64,000 nucleotides of DNA. Source: an uncultured delta proteobacterium. GTDB lineage: Bacteria; Desulfobacterota; BSN033; UBA1163. The first letter of the stretch is position 1. Each line of letters starts with the position of its first letter. Of this stretch, positions 28,997-38,946 are shown piece by piece. The notes beneath the pieces were generated by a model. That model did not search any database. It was not told the DNA's origin and worked only from the letters and a program-made list of their open reading frames with translations. The translations under genes were made by a program, and so were the position numbers. The DNA is taken from NCBI GenBank assembly GCA_963695895.1, contig CAVOIK010000022.1, forward strand, positions 6,485-70,484. The letters run 5' to 3'.

Positions 28997-31009
28997 ATGA
29001 AGGGTCCAGAAAAGCGGTCTAAAGTTCTCGTGATTGGCAGTGAAACAGAGTTCCTCCAGATGGCTGGGAAGTGCCTGGAAAATCAGTTCGACCTTCAATA
29101 CGCAACCGATCAGAACGAAGCGCTATCCAAAGCGAGAACAGAGCGGCCTGACGTCCTCATCCTAGGATACCTCGATCCTCGAGGCACTTCCTTTCGACTT
29201 CACAAGACACTCCGAGAAGGTTGGATCACAAAACATATTCCCCTCCTCGTGGTGGACGTGGAGTTACCCGGACGACCCGAAAAACGATGGACCAGTCAGG
29301 AAGCCATGGAGATGGATGCCGAAGACTACCTGTCGATTTCGGTGAACGATACCGCATCGATTCCCCAGGTCATGGCGTCCTTCGGTTTGACAGAGAGGAT
29401 CGATACCAAGTTAAGCGAGAAGGCCAATACCCTTCGAGAAGCGATACTCAACCCCCATATCTTCTGTGTCACCTGGGAACAGATCCCGGGCAGAGGCGCC
29501 TTCGAGTTGCAGCAGGAACTCGTGATCGAAAACGTGAGGAAGGCGGCCGAATTAGGCAGGATTCATGCGATCAGCGTGACAGACAACCCGGGAGGGAATC
29601 CGGCCATTTCGACGGAGATGCTCTGCATGGAGATTAAGAAATTGGGGACAGAGCCTCTCGTTCACCTGGCGTTACGAGACAAAAACAGAAGCGAGATCGA
29701 GAGCATGCTCTACGGCCTTGCCGCGGGTGGCGTGAGAAACATCTTAGTGTTGTCGGGCGATTACCCGTCGATGGAAGGATTTGAAGGAAGACCCAAGCCG
29801 GTGTTCGACATTGACCCAGTCAACGCCGTCCGTCTGATCGAAACGATGAATCGCGGTTTAGAACATATGGTCATGGGGAAAAAGGTGACGCTCGCCTCCA
29901 CAGATTTTTTTGCTGGCGTCTGCGTTTCTCCGTTCAAGCGAGAAGAATCTGAGTTGATAGCCCAGTACTACAAGCTCAAGAAGAAAATCGACGCAGGAGC
30001 GAAATTTATCATCACCCAAGTGGGTTACGATGCCAGAAAGTTTCACGAACTCATGCAATGGCTGCGCATCAATCATAATCCCATCCCCGCCCTCGCCAAT
30101 ATCTATATCTTGCCTTACGGAACAGCAAAGCTCATGAGTGCCAATAAGATCCCAGGGTGTGTAGTGACGAGCAAGCTCGTTGCTGAATTGGCAGAGGAAG
30201 CTAAGACCCAAGACAAAGGAAAATCGACTCGTCTCCTTCGAGCGGCAAAACTCTACGCGATCACCAAAGGGATGGGCTATGCCGGAGCCCATATCGGAGG
30301 GCACGGGATCACATCCGACATGGTGGAATTCATCATCACCAAGGGAGAAGAACTATCGAAGAACTGGCAGCCCCTCATTGCTGAATTCGATTATCCTCAG
30401 CCGGACGGTTTCTACCTCTTCGAGAAAGATCCCAAAACAGGCCTGAACACCGGTACCTTAGCCAAGCGACCCTTGAACCCGTCAAAACCCCTCATCTATC
30501 AGTTTTCGAGACTGGCCCATCGTTTGATCTTCAATGAGAAGAGCAGGAGATTTGAACTTCTCCAGAAGTTCGCTCAAAGGGTGGATGCCTTACCCAAAGC
30601 CAAACGAGTCCTGGGACATGTTGAACATCTCGTTAAGGCCGCCCTGTTCCACTGCATGGATTGTGGGGACTGTGCACTCTTTGATATTGCCTATGTCTGT
30701 CCCATGTCGCAGTGTCCGAAGAATCAGAGAAACGGAGCATGTGGGGGAAGCTACGAGGGGTGGTGTGAGGTCTATCCGAATGAGCAGAAGTGCATCTGGG
30801 TTCAGGCCTATGAGCGACTGAAGGCTTACAGCGAGGAGGCGAAGCTCGGGGAGACCATCATTCCTCCATGCAATTGGGATCTCTGGCAGACTTCCTCGTG
30901 GCTCAATTTCTACCTCGGCAGGGACCACACGGCCAAACGGCTCGGCGTGAAGCCGCCCCAACCGAAAAATCTACCAAAGGACCCTGGCGGAACAGAAAGC
31001 GAAAGATAA
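28997..31009 (+). CDS. Pseudo-receiver / methylene-THF reductase (MetF-like) / MetV-like Cys-rich domain fusion protein
   Basis: 670 aa. The N-terminal ~125 aa have the receiver fold pattern but lack the DD pair, the phospho-Asp (VLILGYLDP) and the Lys. The centre is ...ISVTDNPGGNP...LRDKNR...VLSGDYP (MTHFR-like). The C-terminus is CMDCGDCALFDIAYVCPMSQCPKNQRNGACGG (MTHFR C-terminal/MetV-like). Confidence 0.75.
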   Translation: MKGPEKRSKVLVIGSETEFLQMAGKCLENQFDLQYATDQNEALSKARTERPDVLILGYLDPRGTSFRLHKTLREGWITKHIPLLVVDVELPGRPEKRWTSQEAMEMDAEDYLSISVNDTASIPQVMASFGLTERIDTKLSEKANTLREAILNPHIFCVTWEQIPGRGAFELQQELVIENVRKAAELGRIHAISVTDNPGGNPAISTEMLCMEIKKLGTEPLVHLALRDKNRSEIESMLYGLAAGGVRNILVLSGDYPSMEGFEGRPKPVFDIDPVNAVRLIETMNRGLEHMVMGKKVTLASTDFFAGVCVSPFKREESELIAQYYKLKKKIDAGAKFIITQVGYDARKFHELMQWLRINHNPIPALANIYILPYGTAKLMSANKIPGCVVTSKLVAELAEEAKTQDKGKSTRLLRAAKLYAITKGMGYAGAHIGGHGITSDMVEFIITKGEELSKNWQPLIAEFDYPQPDGFYLFEKDPKTGLNTGTLAKRPLNPSKPLIYQFSRLAHRLIFNEKSRRFELLQKFAQRVDALPKAKRVLGHVEHLVKAALFHCMDCGDCALFDIAYVCPMSQCPKNQRNGACGGSYEGWCEVYPNEQKCIWVQAYERLKAYSEEAKLGETIIPPCNWDLWQTSSWLNFYLGRDHTAKRLGVKPPQPKNLPKDPGGTESER

Positions 31010-31140
31010 GCGATCCTCTTAGAAGAGATCCATCAGATCAAAAGGCAACCGAGTATACACTTATTAAACTGACGCCTCTGGGAGCCACCTTGTTCATTCC
31101 AAACTCTCCCTTGATCAGACTACGTCCGTGACCGGAGCGT

Positions 31141-31198
31141 GCCCCGCAAGCCCCGCTCTGTGCCTGCCTGCGGTAGGCAGGGGCGGGGAGCTTCACTT
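31141..31198. repeat. Nested REP unit: GCCCCGC...GGCGGGGAGCTTCAC interrupted by CCTGCCTGCGGTAGGCAGG
   Basis: The outer palindrome encloses a second palindrome type. The stop codon of the kinase gene 31193-32710 lies inside the AGCTTCAC tail. Confidence 0.7.
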
Positions 31199-32710
31199 CT
31201 CCGTTCCACAGGACTCGGGGCTCAATTCCTTCGGAAAAAGAAGGGTGAACGTCGTGCCTTTGCCCTCTTCGCTTTCAACAGAGATTTCCCCTAGGTGGGC
31301 GTCAACCATACTCTTGACAATGGAAAGCCCCAAGCCTGTTCCGATGATGTGGCGCGTTTCTTGGGATTTGACTCGATAGAATCTATCGAAGATCCGAGAA
31401 AGATTCTCTTTCTTTATCCCAATGCCTGTATCCGAAACGGTTGCCTTGACGTACCCGCTCTCCTCCCCTAAGGTGATCCAGACCTTCCCATGCTCGGGTG
31501 TATATTTGATCGCGTTGGAAATGAGATTGATGAAGATTTTCTCCACGTTGCCCCGGTCAGCACAGATGAGAGAAGGGATGACTGAGGGGGAGAACTGGAG
31601 GTCGATATTCTTTTTTTCTGCATCGGTTTTCATGAAATCGACGATTTTCCGGATGATCTCTTGGAGGGTGAGGGGTTCTTTGTACTGAGTCATCTTACCT
31701 GCTTCGATTTTGGATAGATCGAGGAGATCTTTGATCAAGGCGAGGAGTCCTTTAATTCTCTCCCTGGCCCGAGAGAGCATCTCTTCTTGCTTCTCAGTGA
31801 GTTCTCCCGCAGCCTTGCTGATGATGGCGGATATCTGCTGATCCACCGTGGCGATGGGTGACCGAAGTTCATGGGCCACCATGGCAATAAACTCTGATTT
31901 CATCCGATCGAGTTCCTTCAGGTGACTGATGTCTTGAAGCACGGTAACCGTTCCCATCATCTGTCCGAGATCATTCCCTACGGGTGCCGTGTGGACCCGA
32001 AGAGTGATTTCTTCGGCGGCTCCGACCGATAGTTCTCTAGAAATGGACGTGTAGGACTTTTCCCCCATGTTCAGAACTTCGGTGATGGTCGAAGACAATT
32101 CCGAAGGGAGGGGGGCATTGGAAAGCGTTTTTCCTAACAGGCGGTCTCCAGAGACTTGGAGCATGCGGCCGGCCGCCGGGTTGGTGAGCACGATGGAACC
32201 GTCCTGATCGCAGACCAGGACACCATCTCCCATGGCGTGGATGATCGTCTTGATCTTTGACTTTTCCGTCGAGATGTCCCTTAGCGATCTTTCTCGTTCC
32301 GTCCGCAGGAATTCGGTCTCCCTTTGGAAGGCCCGCCGCTCGAGTGCCCTTCCAACCACAAGACGAAGCTGATCGGGAGTGAAGGGTTTGGGAATGAAAT
32401 CATAGGCGCCCTTCTTCATCGCCTCCACGGCAGATTCCACAGTGGCATAGCCCGTGATGACGATAACAGGGAGATCAGGATCCAAGTTTCGAGTCTGCTC
32501 CAAAACATCCATGCCACTGACTCCGGGCATCATCAGATCCAGAAGGACTGCGTCGATCTTGACATGATGCGTTTGGATTTGACTCAGTCCCTTTTCCCCA
32601 TTCTCGGCAAGGAGGACGGACCATCCCATCTTAGAAAGAATGCGTGCACATCCTTCCCGCATTGTCTGCTCATCATCAATGACGAGAATGGTTACTTGAT
32701 CGTGTATCAC
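31193..32710 (-). CDS. Hybrid sensor: N-terminal receiver-PAS-HisKA-HATPase
   Basis: ILVIDDEQ...LLDLMMPGVSG, H-box VAHELRSPI, and DTGIGI...GTGLGLS. Confidence 0.9.
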   Translation of the reverse strand: MIHDQVTILVIDDEQTMREGCARILSKMGWSVLLAENGEKGLSQIQTHHVKIDAVLLDLMMPGVSGMDVLEQTRNLDPDLPVIVITGYATVESAVEAMKKGAYDFIPKPFTPDQLRLVVGRALERRAFQRETEFLRTERERSLRDISTEKSKIKTIIHAMGDGVLVCDQDGSIVLTNPAAGRMLQVSGDRLLGKTLSNAPLPSELSSTITEVLNMGEKSYTSISRELSVGAAEEITLRVHTAPVGNDLGQMMGTVTVLQDISHLKELDRMKSEFIAMVAHELRSPIATVDQQISAIISKAAGELTEKQEEMLSRARERIKGLLALIKDLLDLSKIEAGKMTQYKEPLTLQEIIRKIVDFMKTDAEKKNIDLQFSPSVIPSLICADRGNVEKIFINLISNAIKYTPEHGKVWITLGEESGYVKATVSDTGIGIKKENLSRIFDRFYRVKSQETRHIIGTGLGLSIVKSMVDAHLGEISVESEEGKGTTFTLLFPKELSPESCGTEK

Positions 32711-32795
32711 GGCCCTGCTTCCCTATTCACCCGTGGGAGTCTATCGCGAGTTGCTCTTCGACAAATCGACCGAGAGTCTCAAGAGGGGGCGGTTC

Positions 32796-33179
32796 CTATT
32801 TTGAGAGAAGCCCCTCGATCCGTTTCACCAATACTTCGGGCTCCACGGGTTTATCGAGGTAATCGTCCGCTTCTGTCTCAAGCCCCATCTCTTGGGTGTA
32901 CCGGGTCGTTGGAACGTGCGATGCCACGGCAGTCAAAAGGAGAACCGGAATGTGACTCATTTGAGGATTCGACTTCAATTCCCTGCAGACGGCATAGCCG
33001 TCCTTTTCCGGCATCATGACATCAAGCACAATGAGATCCGGCTTCTCGCTCGTCGCTTTCTTCAAACCTTCTATCCCGTTGTAGGCCGTCACCACGTCGA
33101 ACTTCTTCGGCTTGAGAATCAGGCTCACTGCCTCCACAAAATCTGGATCGTCATCGACCAATAGAATCTTTTTCGCCAT
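32796..33179 (-). CDS. CheY-like single-domain response regulator
   Basis: ILLVDDDPD...LIVLDVMMPEKDG...LTA...LDKPV. Confidence 0.9.
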   Translation of the reverse strand: MAKKILLVDDDPDFVEAVSLILKPKKFDVVTAYNGIEGLKKATSEKPDLIVLDVMMPEKDGYAVCRELKSNPQMSHIPVLLLTAVASHVPTTRYTQEMGLETEADDYLDKPVEPEVLVKRIEGLLSK

Positions 33180-33270
33180 CTTTCTTTCCTCCTTTGACGC
33201 ATGCCTTCAGGTCATCATTTTTGTTGTTCTGTCTTCGGAATGTCCTTCCCTGGGTTATCCCTGGTAGAGT

Positions 33271-35254
33271 TCACTGAATGGAAGTCGCCTGTCCTCCGTC
33301 AAGACCTGTTTCGTTTTCCGCACTGACAGGAAGTTCAATGGTAAACGTCGATCCCTTCTCCCACCTTGCTCTTCACGCCAATCTTTCCGCCATGACTTTC
33401 GACGATACCATAAGAGGTGGCGAGGCCCAATCCTGTTCCCTTGCCCACGTCTTTGGTGGTGAAGAAGGGTTCGAAGATACGGGAGAGATTCTCCTCAGGA
33501 ATTCCCTCCCCCGTGTCTGTAAACTCCACGAAAACAGAGGTTTCGGTCGGGTGAAGAAAAGGTGGTGATGGTGAGGTCCCCAGTTCCATGCATGGCCTCG
33601 GCGGCATTGATGATGATATTCGTAAAGACCTGTTTCAACTGACCCGCATGTCCAGTGACCCAGGGGAGCGAGGGATCGAGTCTCTTCGTGATTCGGATGT
33701 TGTGAAAGAGCGCTTGATTCTCAAGGAAGAAAAGGCCGTCGGTGATGGCCCGATTGATATCCACAGGTTCCCTCTTGGGTTCGGTCTGTCGAGCAAATTC
33801 GAGAAGGCTCTTCACGATCTCCTTGCACCGACCCGTCTTCCTGAACAATCCGTTCGAGATCCTGTCTCTTGGGATCCTCTTTTGGAAGATCTTCCATCAA
33901 GAGACTCGAGTAGATCAGAATGCCACCCAGCGGGTTATTGATCTCGTGGGCAATGCCGGCGGCGAGTTTTCCAAGAGAAGCCATCTTCTCCGAGCTCACC
34001 AGTTGAAGATGAGTCTCTTCGAGTTTTTTTTCCATCTGTAGACGAGGCCGCAAATCCGTGAAAATACCGACGGTAGCAACCTCCTTGTACGACCTGTCAT
34101 AGATGAGAGCCGCTGAGAGCTGGATGGGAACTTGCTCTCCCGCCTTGTTGAGAACGGTCAACTGGAGAGGCGTCAGTTTTCCCACCCCGCCGTGGTCTGG
34201 ACTTCGAAGGTTTTCCATGATCTCTTTGGCCATGCCTTTGGGATAAAGCTCCGTGATGTGAAGCTTTCCAATCACCTCGCTTGCCGAATACCCCGTGAGA
34301 TCTTCGGCCCCCTTGTTGAAGATGAAAATGTTTCCTTTCATATCCGTCGCTATGATTCCGTCCACCGAACTTTCGATCAAATTCCTGAAGAATTCATTCG
34401 TCTCGCGACGCTCTTCCTCGATCCGTTTCCGTTCCGTAATATCCAAATTAATTCCCTGGTAGCCGACAATGTCTCCTTTCTCATCTGCGGATGGGGTAAC
34501 CTGTCAATAAGCACCGTCATCTTTTCCCATCTTTCTTTTTGAATTCCACCTCCATGTCCTTAACATACCCATCCCGTTCGATTTTTTCCTGAAAGGTCTT
34601 TCGATCCTCAGGGTTGGCATAGAGATTTTCTGTGAGGTCCATGTTAAGACATTCCTCTTTACTGGAGTAATCGAGCATCTCAAGCAACGCCTGGTTGCAG
34701 TCCAGGAACTTGCCTTCTTTCGAACTGATAAAGAGGCCATGTCTCACCCGTTCGAAAAGATTCCGAAGCCTCTCCTCAGAGTCCTTAAGGTCTCTTTCGT
34801 ATTTCTTTCGGACCGTGATATCGCGGACATAGGCATAGATCTTCACGCCACCCTTCTCCGATTTTGCCGAAGCGATGCAAATGTCGGTCTCTTTAAGTTG
34901 ACCTTGGGGGGTCAGGATATTCATCTCTACGCAAAGCTTCTTTCCCGGCCCCTCTCCTCGGATGACGGTCCCTTCGAGAAATTCCCTGTCTTTTTTTCCG
35001 ATAACAGAGAAGAAATTTTTTCCGATAAGGTCTGATTTAGGAATTCCTGTAATGTCAGAGGCCATCTGATTGGCAAACAAGATGTTAAATTGTTCATCGA
35101 AGACAAAGATCCCATCCTCCCCCATCTCGGCAATCTTGTCAAAACGATATCCGATCTCCTGGTTTTCCGGTTCTTTGTTTCTAGCCCAAGGGCGAGAAGA
35201 TGTCTTTTTTTGCCTTTCCTTCACGGAAACGCCCTCACAGGCCTGCGTGGTCAA
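33271..35254 (-). pseudogene. Multi-PAS sensor histidine kinase, at least four frameshifts plus an in-frame TGA
   Basis: ORF pieces 34517-35254, 33721-34446, 33495-33848 and 33335-33607 chain into PAS-PAS-PAS-HisKA ([10 protein letters not shown])-HATPase (DTGEGIP...GTGLGLA). ...[17 protein letters not shown]... near 34505 is a nonsense codon, not an indel. Confidence 0.8.
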
Positions 35255-36101
35255 AAACTACTGGAATCTGACTCTCCCACCCGATGGGGATCAGATGGAC
35301 TCCCTGGCAGAAAGGCCGGATAGCCTTGACGATCTCTGCTGCAATCTCGACACTTGTTCTCTGTTTATCAGAGGCTTTCATCAAACGGTCAATGATGGCT
35401 TCGGGAATGGAGGCTCCCTCCACATGTTTGCTGATATACCGAGCCATGCCCACCGACTTGAGTAAGGTGATGCTTGCGATGATGGGCACCTTGAAAGGGC
35501 TCACCTTTCCGGCGAAGGCCTCAAACAGAGCGGGATCAAAGATGGAGTTTGTGAAAAAGAAATCCACACCCAAGCGAACCTTTTTCTCCACATCGTCAAG
35601 GTCGAGCCCCTGTCCCAAGGTTCCAACATGGGTCTGAGTCCCGAGGGTGAACGTGGGTTTTCCGCTCAACTCATGGCCCGCAAGATCCCATCCCTCTCGA
35701 AGCCGTTTGGCTGCTTCCAGGAGACCCAAGAGGTCCAAATCTGAGACAGACTTCGCTTCGTAGTGATCCCCGAGAGAAGGATCGTCTCCCTGAAGGACAA
35801 AAATATTTTCAAGGCCCAGAGCAGAAGCGTTGAGGAGATCGGATTGAAGAGCTAAACGATTACGGTGACGACAGGCGAGGTTGAAGATCGGTTCGATGCC
35901 TTTTCCTTTAAGCAGCGTGCAGACAGAAAGAGAGCCCAGTCTCATGATGGCATTCTGCAGATCTGGAACACTGACCGCATCCACGCGATGTCGGAGGTGC
36001 TCGGCGTGTTCCATAAGCTCGGAGACCTGGTTGCCCTTCGGTGGCTGGAGTTCAGCGATGACGATGAACTTTCCAGAGGCCAACTTTTCTTTGAGTGACA
36101 T
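35235..36101 (-). CDS. metF: Methylenetetrahydrofolate reductase, small acetogen-type paralog 1
   Basis: Start MSLKEKLASGKFIVIAELQPPKG behind GAGGAGAA. It has MTHFR-like TIM-barrel motifs and follows metV. Confidence 0.8.
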   Translation of the reverse strand: MSLKEKLASGKFIVIAELQPPKGNQVSELMEHAEHLRHRVDAVSVPDLQNAIMRLGSLSVCTLLKGKGIEPIFNLACRHRNRLALQSDLLNASALGLENIFVLQGDDPSLGDHYEAKSVSDLDLLGLLEAAKRLREGWDLAGHELSGKPTFTLGTQTHVGTLGQGLDLDDVEKKVRLGVDFFFTNSIFDPALFEAFAGKVSPFKVPIIASITLLKSVGMARYISKHVEGASIPEAIIDRLMKASDKQRTSVEIAAEIVKAIRPFCQGVHLIPIGWESQIPVVFDHAGL

Positions 36102-36325
36102 AAGGGTTCTCCTCTGAGGTGGCGACTCCGTGTTCCAATTTATCCGCCTGCGGGTTCTGAAAGCTAAGCCGTAGCGCTCGTCTGCCCATAGCCCCACGCC
36201 GAGTGGAACAATAACCTTGTTTGTGTTTGAGAGGGAAATCAGATCAGAACATCACGTTCAAGCCGTGATGACAGTTATGGAACGATTGAACCTTCCTCCG
36301 ATTCTGTCAACCTCAGAGGAGACGT

Positions 36326-37000
36326 TCACTGAGCATATCGTTTCTTATAGGGCTCTTGGATGAGAGATCCCCGCTTTGTGTTTTTCCATTCTCGCGGAGG
36401 CCGCACCTTCAGGATCAGGTCCAACCGATCCTGTTTTTTTAAACGATCATAGATGTCGAACCATGCACAGGGGGTGTCTTTGCTGACTTCACACTTCCCA
36501 TCGACAGACGTCCCGCCGCAGGGCCCGTTGAAAATGGATTTCGCACACCTCGTCACTGGACAGATCCCTCCTGTGTCCCCCAGGACACATTCTCCACAGG
36601 AACGACAGTTCTCCTCGTACCATCCGAGGTCTCGATCCACTCCCACGAACACCGTATTGAGAGCTGGGAAAACGACTTTTTCAGGATATCGATCCGCCAG
36701 AAATTGAACGCCTGCCCCGCAGGCCATCGAGAGGACAGCGTCGTAGGACTTAACTTTTTCATCTAATTCAGAATAGAAATCAGGGTTGCATTGGCGCTCA
36801 ATCGTGTACCCGTCCATGTGAAGCGAACCTTGATCGGCCTTACACAGTTCCTGCAATTCCTCGTTGAGCAGGCCGACCTCTTTTTGACCTCCGGCAAGAC
36901 AAATCGATGTGCACCCGCCACATCCCACGTTCAGCACTCGTTTGCGTCCTTTGATCATCTCCTTAATCTCTTCCAGAGGTTTCTTCTCTGCGACAATCAT
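36326..37000 (-). CDS. metV: MetV-type zinc/FeS Cys-rich subunit associated with MetF
   Basis: VLNVGCGGCTSICLAGG...CRSCGECVLGDTGGICPVTRCAKSIFNGPCGG.... Confidence 0.75.
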   Translation of the reverse strand: MIVAEKKPLEEIKEMIKGRKRVLNVGCGGCTSICLAGGQKEVGLLNEELQELCKADQGSLHMDGYTIERQCNPDFYSELDEKVKSYDAVLSMACGAGVQFLADRYPEKVVFPALNTVFVGVDRDLGWYEENCRSCGECVLGDTGGICPVTRCAKSIFNGPCGGTSVDGKCEVSKDTPCAWFDIYDRLKKQDRLDLILKVRPPREWKNTKRGSLIQEPYKKRYAQ

Positions 37001-37024
37001 TCTCTTCCTCCACTGCTAAAGTCG

Positions 37025-37426
37025 CTATCTCTTAACGTGGCATTCTCCGCAAAAAAAAGGACCTGTCTTCTTCCCTTCTTTCTTGTTCATTCTGTGGCAA
37101 TCAAGACACTGTCTATGAAACGCCGTCTGGAGATCCAGACGTGCCTTCGGTCCGTGGCATTCCTGACAACGAATTCCCGACTTTCCCTCTTCAAGCTCGG
37201 CCTCGTCAAGAACATTCTTCCCCTGATCGTACCGATGGTGACATTCCTTACAGGAGAGCCCTCCTTCCATGTGACGGTTGTGAGGAAAGGAGACAGGGGT
37301 CCGTTCTCGCTTCGGAAAGGAGGGGCTATTCAGCATCATCGTGTCTGGCTGGGCCCAGAGAGCCTGTCCAAAAAAGAGAAAGAAGACGGTCGCCGTGAGC
37401 GAGATGAGACGTTTCTTCTTTTTCAC
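37025..37426 (-). CDS. Tetrahaem cytochrome c3-family protein, secreted
   Basis: Four CxxCH motifs (CKECH, CQECH, CLDCH, CGECH). The signal peptide VKKKKRLISLTATVFFLFFGQALWA assumes a GTG start at 37426. The alternative ATG at 37486 would translate through a REP unit. Confidence 0.75.
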   Translation of the reverse strand: MKKKKRLISLTATVFFLFFGQALWAQPDTMMLNSPSFPKRERTPVSFPHNRHMEGGLSCKECHHRYDQGKNVLDEAELEEGKSGIRCQECHGPKARLDLQTAFHRQCLDCHRMNKKEGKKTGPFFCGECHVKR

Positions 37427-37533
37427 GGGCAAGTCGGCTGGAAGTCCTGCCCTGTAGGCAGGGAGGAAAGCCGACCCTATAATCATATCTTCATTTCCCG
37501 GAAGCCCCGCCCTGTGGGCGGAGAGCTTCATTC
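37427..37533. repeat. Two REP-like units inside the operon
   Basis: GTCGGCT..CCTGCCCTGTAGGCAGGG..AGCCGAC (nested hairpin) and GCCCCGCCCTGTGGGCGGAGAGCTTCA. Confidence 0.7.
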
Positions 37534-37562
37534 TTGTTCCATTCTTTATGATGGTCATCGCA

Positions 37563-38003
37563 TCATAACCAGCTTTCGACAGGAGAGCCATCCATATCAG
37601 GATACACCTCCTGGGATCGGCAGATGCTCCGGCCGAAAGCGATGATACTCGGAATATCAACGCCAATCGGACAATAACAACGGCGGCAGAGAACACAGTT
37701 TCTCCAGACGAGGCTCTTGATCTTTTCCAAGAATGCCCGGTCCACGGCTCCTCGCTTTTTGTAAAGCTTTCCGACAGAGTGAATAGCTTTATAAGAAGGC
37801 ATGTACTGAGGGTCCTTGTGATGGGACATATAAAGGAAACAACTCTCAGCACAGAGGCTGCAGTGGACGCAGTGGGAGAGGAGTCGTTTCATTTTTCCCT
37901 TTTTCCGTTTCAGCATCTGTTGGATCTCGTCCCGGTTCACAGGGGTTGGGGTCTTCTCAGACATCCTTCTTTCCTCTCTTCCATCCGCTGGGACAGCTAC
38001 CAC
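37563..38003 (-). CDS. Small 2x[4Fe-4S]-type protein (HdrC / DsrK N-terminal-like), no CCG domain
   Basis: CVHCSLCAESC and CVLCRRCYCP cluster motifs. The ORF start overlaps the stop of the cytochrome b gene. An alternative start is MSEK at 37964. Confidence 0.65.
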   Translation of the reverse strand: MVAVPADGREERRMSEKTPTPVNRDEIQQMLKRKKGKMKRLLSHCVHCSLCAESCFLYMSHHKDPQYMPSYKAIHSVGKLYKKRGAVDRAFLEKIKSLVWRNCVLCRRCYCPIGVDIPSIIAFGRSICRSQEVYPDMDGSPVESWL

Positions 38004-38662
38004 GTTCTCGTCCCGCGTGCGAAACTGTATTCACTTCCAATCATAAAACGATAAAGAAAGAAAAAGATCATATGGCCCAGCCTGGTAAAGGGAATAGTGA
38101 TCAACATGATCTCCCCGGACAGAATATGCAGGAAGATCATCGTCCGATAGTCAAACCACTGATGGGTGGCAAAGAAACCGGTGATGAAAGGGGCCAGGAC
38201 GATGAGCAAAACGAGATAGTCATAGGAAGTGGAAATACTCCGGACCAGGCGAAGAAAAATACGTCGACACAGAAAGAAGAGGCCGCCGAGCAGAACCAGA
38301 AGCGTAAAGACATCCGATGTTGACTCGTCAAAACTCCAGAGCTGAATTCCCCAGGCTGCTTCGAGAAGGATTTGATGGGCCAAAAGGAAAATGGGGACGA
38401 TGAAAATCAGAATGTGAAAAGTGCAGGTGACCACGATGACGACAGGATGGGTGCCAAAAATCGTCCTCTTCAACAACTTGATCCAGGTACGAACTCGGGA
38501 TCCTAACCCCTGCGAAGGACTCTGTTTCTTGAGTTCTAAGTTCAGGAGGACCCATTCTTTTTCCCGGGTGAGGCTGAAAAACCGATAGATCTGAAATAGG
38601 ACACCCAGGATGAAGATGACAAATGACATCAGGATCAGGGGGCCCTCAATGAATCCAACCAT
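37997..38662 (-). CDS. Integral membrane NarI/DsrM-like cytochrome b
   Basis: 221 aa with about five hydrophobic helices and conserved His residues (FHILIF, LAHQIL, FLHILSGE). The layout is typical of the nitrate-reductase gamma-like family. Confidence 0.6.
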   Translation of the reverse strand: MVGFIEGPLILMSFVIFILGVLFQIYRFFSLTREKEWVLLNLELKKQSPSQGLGSRVRTWIKLLKRTIFGTHPVVIVVTCTFHILIFIVPIFLLAHQILLEAAWGIQLWSFDESTSDVFTLLVLLGGLFFLCRRIFLRLVRSISTSYDYLVLLIVLAPFITGFFATHQWFDYRTMIFLHILSGEIMLITIPFTRLGHMIFFFLYRFMIGSEYSFARGTRTW

Positions 38663-38946
38663 GAAGATCTCCTCGGATCGAATCTAACTTCTTGTGCTAG
38701 TGCACCGTATCAGAAATAACATGCATAAGACCCAATAAAGGGGCGGGTGGAGATATCGGAAGAGCCTTACGGCGGCAACCTTTCACTGCATGCATACTAC
38801 TCTCGAAGGGTACGCAATCCCTACTGTTTCCAGCCACCCACATAGTTGCCCTGACCTTTCCGATATGACCGCATACGTAAGGCGATGAAGATATTTCTAC
38901 CCGCCCTGCCAGCAGGGCTTTTTTAATCTATTTCTGAAACACAACA

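Noticed and set aside
37427-37852. The N-terminal 140-aa extension of ORF 37025-37852 as part of the cytochrome c3 protein.
   Set aside because: The extension is translated through two REP units and overlaps the upstream FeS gene in another frame. A canonical K-rich signal peptide begins at the GTG at 37426.
38903-38924. A plus-strand Rho-independent-terminator shape (GCCCTG-CCAG-CAGGGC followed by TTTTTT) in the metF-cytochrome b spacer. A possible small RNA in the 284-nt spacer was also considered.
   Set aside because: There is no plus-strand gene or convincing promoter upstream. The stem is only 6 bp. The motif resembles the local REP palindromes. The long-range pairing I tried (GGGTGG/CCACCC) is too short to be meaningful.
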